Source: a virus
Lineage: Duplodnaviria > Heunggongvirae > Uroviricota > Caudoviricetes
Direction: 5' to 3' (one strand)
IMG/VR virus record: IMGVR_UViG_2706794689_000009
DNA length: 39,305 bases
In this document: positions 37,378 to 39,305 of the stretch, piece after piece
How the letters are laid out: each line of letters opens with the position of its first letter
Numbering within the stretch: the first letter of the stretch is position 1
Made by a program: the position numbers and the translations under genes
The notes under the pieces: generated by a model
Told to the model about the DNA's origin: nothing
The model's database searches: none
The model's input: the letters and a program-made list of their open reading frames with translations, nothing else

Positions 37378-37385
37378 CAATACAA

Positions 37386-37463
37386 ACCGGTGGTGTCCTC
37401 TGCCGGTTTGACACTAATGAAAACATCTTTGCCGCTATCCAGCCATATGTAATCGCTGGATAG
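37386..37463. terminator. Two hairpins between convergent genes (AAACCGG...CCGGTTT, and 9-bp inverted repeat CTATCCAGC...GCTGGATAG)
   Basis: Inverted repeats directly visible between the 37123-37377 plus-strand gene and the 37545-37838 minus-strand gene. Confidence 0.35.
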
Positions 37464-37544
37464 TATTTCGTATTCAGAAATATAGCTGCTTATGGAGCAG
37501 TCAATCCTGCTTCCCCATCCGGGCAGGCAAATGAACCGGTATCA

Positions 37545-37838
37545 TTAGTCCGATTCACGCTTTTGTAGAATCGTTCCCAGAATGCTATACAGCTCATTAG
37601 CCTGTTGCTCCATCATTGAGACGGAGGCTATACGGTGCAAAGTGATTTCAGGAGGTGGCACACCTCCATCTTCTTGCTGTGGAGGAAAAACATAAGATTT
37701 AATAAAAAAGTTGAAGCATATGAACTCTCCCGCACTCGAACTGTATTTGCAGGCATCTGAATAATCGGAAAAATAATCATTATAGATTTCCGCATTTTCA
37801 ATCATTTTTCGATTTCTCGTCGTTACATGATTGTCCAT
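37545..37838 (-). CDS. Hypothetical AT-rich protein, divergent from com-mom
   Basis: 97-aa ORF with markedly lower GC than the phage backbone. Its start faces the GATC-containing mom control region. Confidence 0.45.
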   Translation of the reverse strand: MDNHVTTRNRKMIENAEIYNDYFSDYSDACKYSSSAGEFICFNFFIKSYVFPPQQEDGGVPPPEITLHRIASVSMMEQQANELYSILGTILQKRESD

Positions 37839-37961
37839 AGCAGCCTCTTACGCTGGCAATTAACCAATTGACTTCTATAAATTAGTTGATTTGTTTGCTT
37901 TGCGGTATTCAAATGTACAATCATTCAGCACTTATGCGTTACAGCACCGTTTAAAATTAGT

Positions 37962-38047
37962 GATCAAACTCATAAATTTTCGCTAATGACATTTCGTGTT
38001 ATTTGTTGTATCAATTAAATAAATCAAATCGATCGTTTTTGTCGATC
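37962..38047 (+). promoter_or_regulatory. mom upstream control region with three GATC (Dam) sites at about 37962, 38031 and 38044
   Basis: AT-rich intergenic region immediately upstream of com with GATC sites clustered, including the palindromic GTCGATCGAT. In Mu, the mom promoter is controlled by Dam methylation of three upstream GATC sites (OxyR binding). Confidence 0.45.
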
Positions 38048-38094
38048 GATTGAGTGATAAAGATATCAACAACAAAGCAGGAGGTTATGCGGCC

Positions 38095-38295
38095 ATGTAT
38101 CGAAACATACGGTGCCGACATTGTAACAAGCTACTGGCACGAGCCAGCTTCAGTTATCTGGAAGTTAAATGTCCGCGCTGTAAAACCCTCAATCAAATCA
38201 CATCTCAGAGCGCCACAGAGCACCCCACATACACAAGGAAATCCTGTCGTGGGGAACAGAAAGCAAGTTACATCCCGTATCATCAGCACGCCTGA
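38095..38295 (+). CDS. com: Com zinc-finger translational activator of mom
   Basis: From ATG 38095 (AGGAGG 10 nt upstream): [35 protein letters not shown]...EHPT, co-linear with Mu Com including the CxxC-(16)-CxxC zinc finger. Confidence 0.8.
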   Translation: MYRNIRCRHCNKLLARASFSYLEVKCPRCKTLNQITSQSATEHPTYTRKSCRGEQKASYIPYHQHA

Positions 38296-38986
38296 ACTTA
38301 TTCACTATAACGACAATATCGTCGGTTATGGCTCCCGTGAGTTACGGGTTGAGACAATAAGTTGCTGGCTGGCCCGGCTGGTCGTCGTCAATAAACATTA
38401 CAGCCATCGTTTCGTAAATAATTCCTACCTTCATCTGGGCATATTTTCAGAACGGGAGCTGGTTGGCGTAATGCAATGGGGTTATGCCCTTAATCCAAAC
38501 AATGGTGCACGCGTCGTAACTGGCACGCAGAACCGCGAATATATGGAGCTTAACCGGTTATGGCTGCATGACTGTATGCCGAGAAACTCCGAATCAAGGG
38601 CAATCAGTTACGCGCTCAAACTAATCAGACAACTTTATCCGCAGGTGCAGTGGGTTCAGTCGTTTGCAGATGAGCGTTGTGGCTGTCTTGGTGTCGTGTA
38701 CCAGGCAAGCAATTTTGATTATGTAGGCAGTCATGAAACAACATTCTATGAACTTGATGGCGAGTGGTATCACGAGATTTGCAAGAATGCAATCAAACGA
38801 GGAGGACAGCGAGGTGAACATCTGCGGGCTAATATCGACAGAGCCAGTGTTCATAAATTCCGTCAGTTTCGTTACATCCGGTTTCTGGACAAGAGAGCCA
38901 GAAAACGCCTTAACACAAAGCTATTCAAAGTCCAGCCTTACCCAAAACCACAAACAGTTAAAACTGGTTTGAAAGAGAGTGAATGA
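38249..38986 (+). CDS. mom: Mom-like DNA modification protein (start inferred as GTG 38249)
   Basis: Long frame overlapping the 3' end of com as in Mu; about 245 aa from GTG 38249. An AAGGAA ribosome-binding site and the GTG lie inside a stem CCCCAC...GTGGGG (about 38223-38254), resembling the Mu mom translation-inhibition structure that Com opens. No sequence-level identification of Mom was possible. Confidence 0.6.
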   Translation: MGNRKQVTSRIISTPELIHYNDNIVGYGSRELRVETISCWLARLVVVNKHYSHRFVNNSYLHLGIFSERELVGVMQWGYALNPNNGARVVTGTQNREYMELNRLWLHDCMPRNSESRAISYALKLIRQLYPQVQWVQSFADERCGCLGVVYQASNFDYVGSHETTFYELDGEWYHEICKNAIKRGGQRGEHLRANIDRASVHKFRQFRYIRFLDKRARKRLNTKLFKVQPYPKPQTVKTGLKESE

Positions 38987-39030
38987 ACGCTTAAAAACTC
39001 ATTCTAAAACTCAAAAGAAAAGCGCCGATT

Positions 39031-39100
39031 TAGTATCAAATAAGTTGCGTATCGGCGTTTTTCAGCGGTATCAAATGAAATGCAAATCGGTATCAAAAAA
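39031..39100 (-). repeat. Right-end transposase-binding repeats, three copies of the reverse-complement motif (about 39031-39042, 39066-39077, 39088-39100)
   Basis: TAGTATCAAATA, CGGTATCAAATG, CGGTATCAAAAA are inverted relative to the left-end CATTTGATACCG copies. Confidence 0.6.
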
Positions 39101-39217
39101 ATCGCCGCGCTATAGACAGCCTAAGCGGCTGCTGACCTCCCTGACCATGCTGTAAATCTCTTTATCCTGGTTGTCACAGAATAAGCCCGGTAAAATACGG
39201 GCTTATGAACGACATCT

Positions 39218-39305
39218 CTTCTGACGACATCTTCCTGCTGAAACAGCGCCTTGCCGAACGTCAGTTGAAAACGAAACCGCTGCTGAAATCCCTGGAAAGC
39301 TGGCT
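39218..39305 (+). CDS. Probable IS66-family transposase TnpC, 5' fragment continuing beyond the window
   Basis: ATG 39218 preceded by a 7-bp hairpin. Translation MNDISSDDIFLLKQRLAERQLKTKPLLKSLESW is open to the window edge. Assignment rests mainly on the IS66 tnpA/tnpB at the other side of the prophage. Confidence 0.4.

Larger units (their letters stand above)
517..39118 (+). mobile_element. Mu-like transposable prophage; end coordinates approximate
   Basis: Complete Mu-type gene order from repressor/ner/A/B through head, tail, gin and com-mom. Both ends carry three copies of a TTTGATACYG motif in inverted orientation. The element is flanked by IS66 genes. Confidence 0.8.

Noticed and set aside
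37380-38050. A CRISPR array or other tandem repeats in the AT-rich non-coding stretch before com
   Set aside because: No regularly spaced direct repeats are present, only isolated inverted repeats and GATC sites.
500-39130. A 5-bp target-site duplication flanking the prophage
   Set aside because: Comparing 5-mers on both flanks near the inferred ends found no convincing identical pair. The exact termini remain undefined, so none is claimed.

Overview
Almost the whole window is one Mu-like transposable prophage (about 38.6 kb, roughly 517 to 39118) inserted into an IS66-family insertion sequence: tnpA/tnpB on the left, a probable tnpC start on the right. Gene order follows phage Mu: repressor (minus strand), ner, transposase A, transposase B, a block of small early genes including gam, gemA and mor, then SAR-type endolysin and spanins, terminase, portal, head and tail morphogenesis genes, an invertible tail-fibre segment with a Gin-family invertase, and com-mom at the right end. 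Calls rest on reading the translations and on synteny with Mu; no database search was run. Four N-masked stretches (9680-9932, 10338-10597, 33474-33736, 33841-34090) interrupt gemA, mor and the endolysin start, the alternative tail-fibre segment, and the gin 5' end. Regions not explained by the Mu backbone are: (1) a ~3.4 kb cargo block between gin and com-mom carrying a 684-aa SGNH/sialate-O-acetylesterase-like protein, two small proteins and a divergent AT-rich gene; (2) an AT-rich patch in the early region with a convergent overlapping gene pair, a zinc-ribbon mini-protein and a Myb-like repeat protein; (3) a tRNA-like element between head genes F and G; (4) a mini-gene that copies the C-terminal motif of the terminase small-subunit-like protein. 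No CRISPR array or rRNA was seen.
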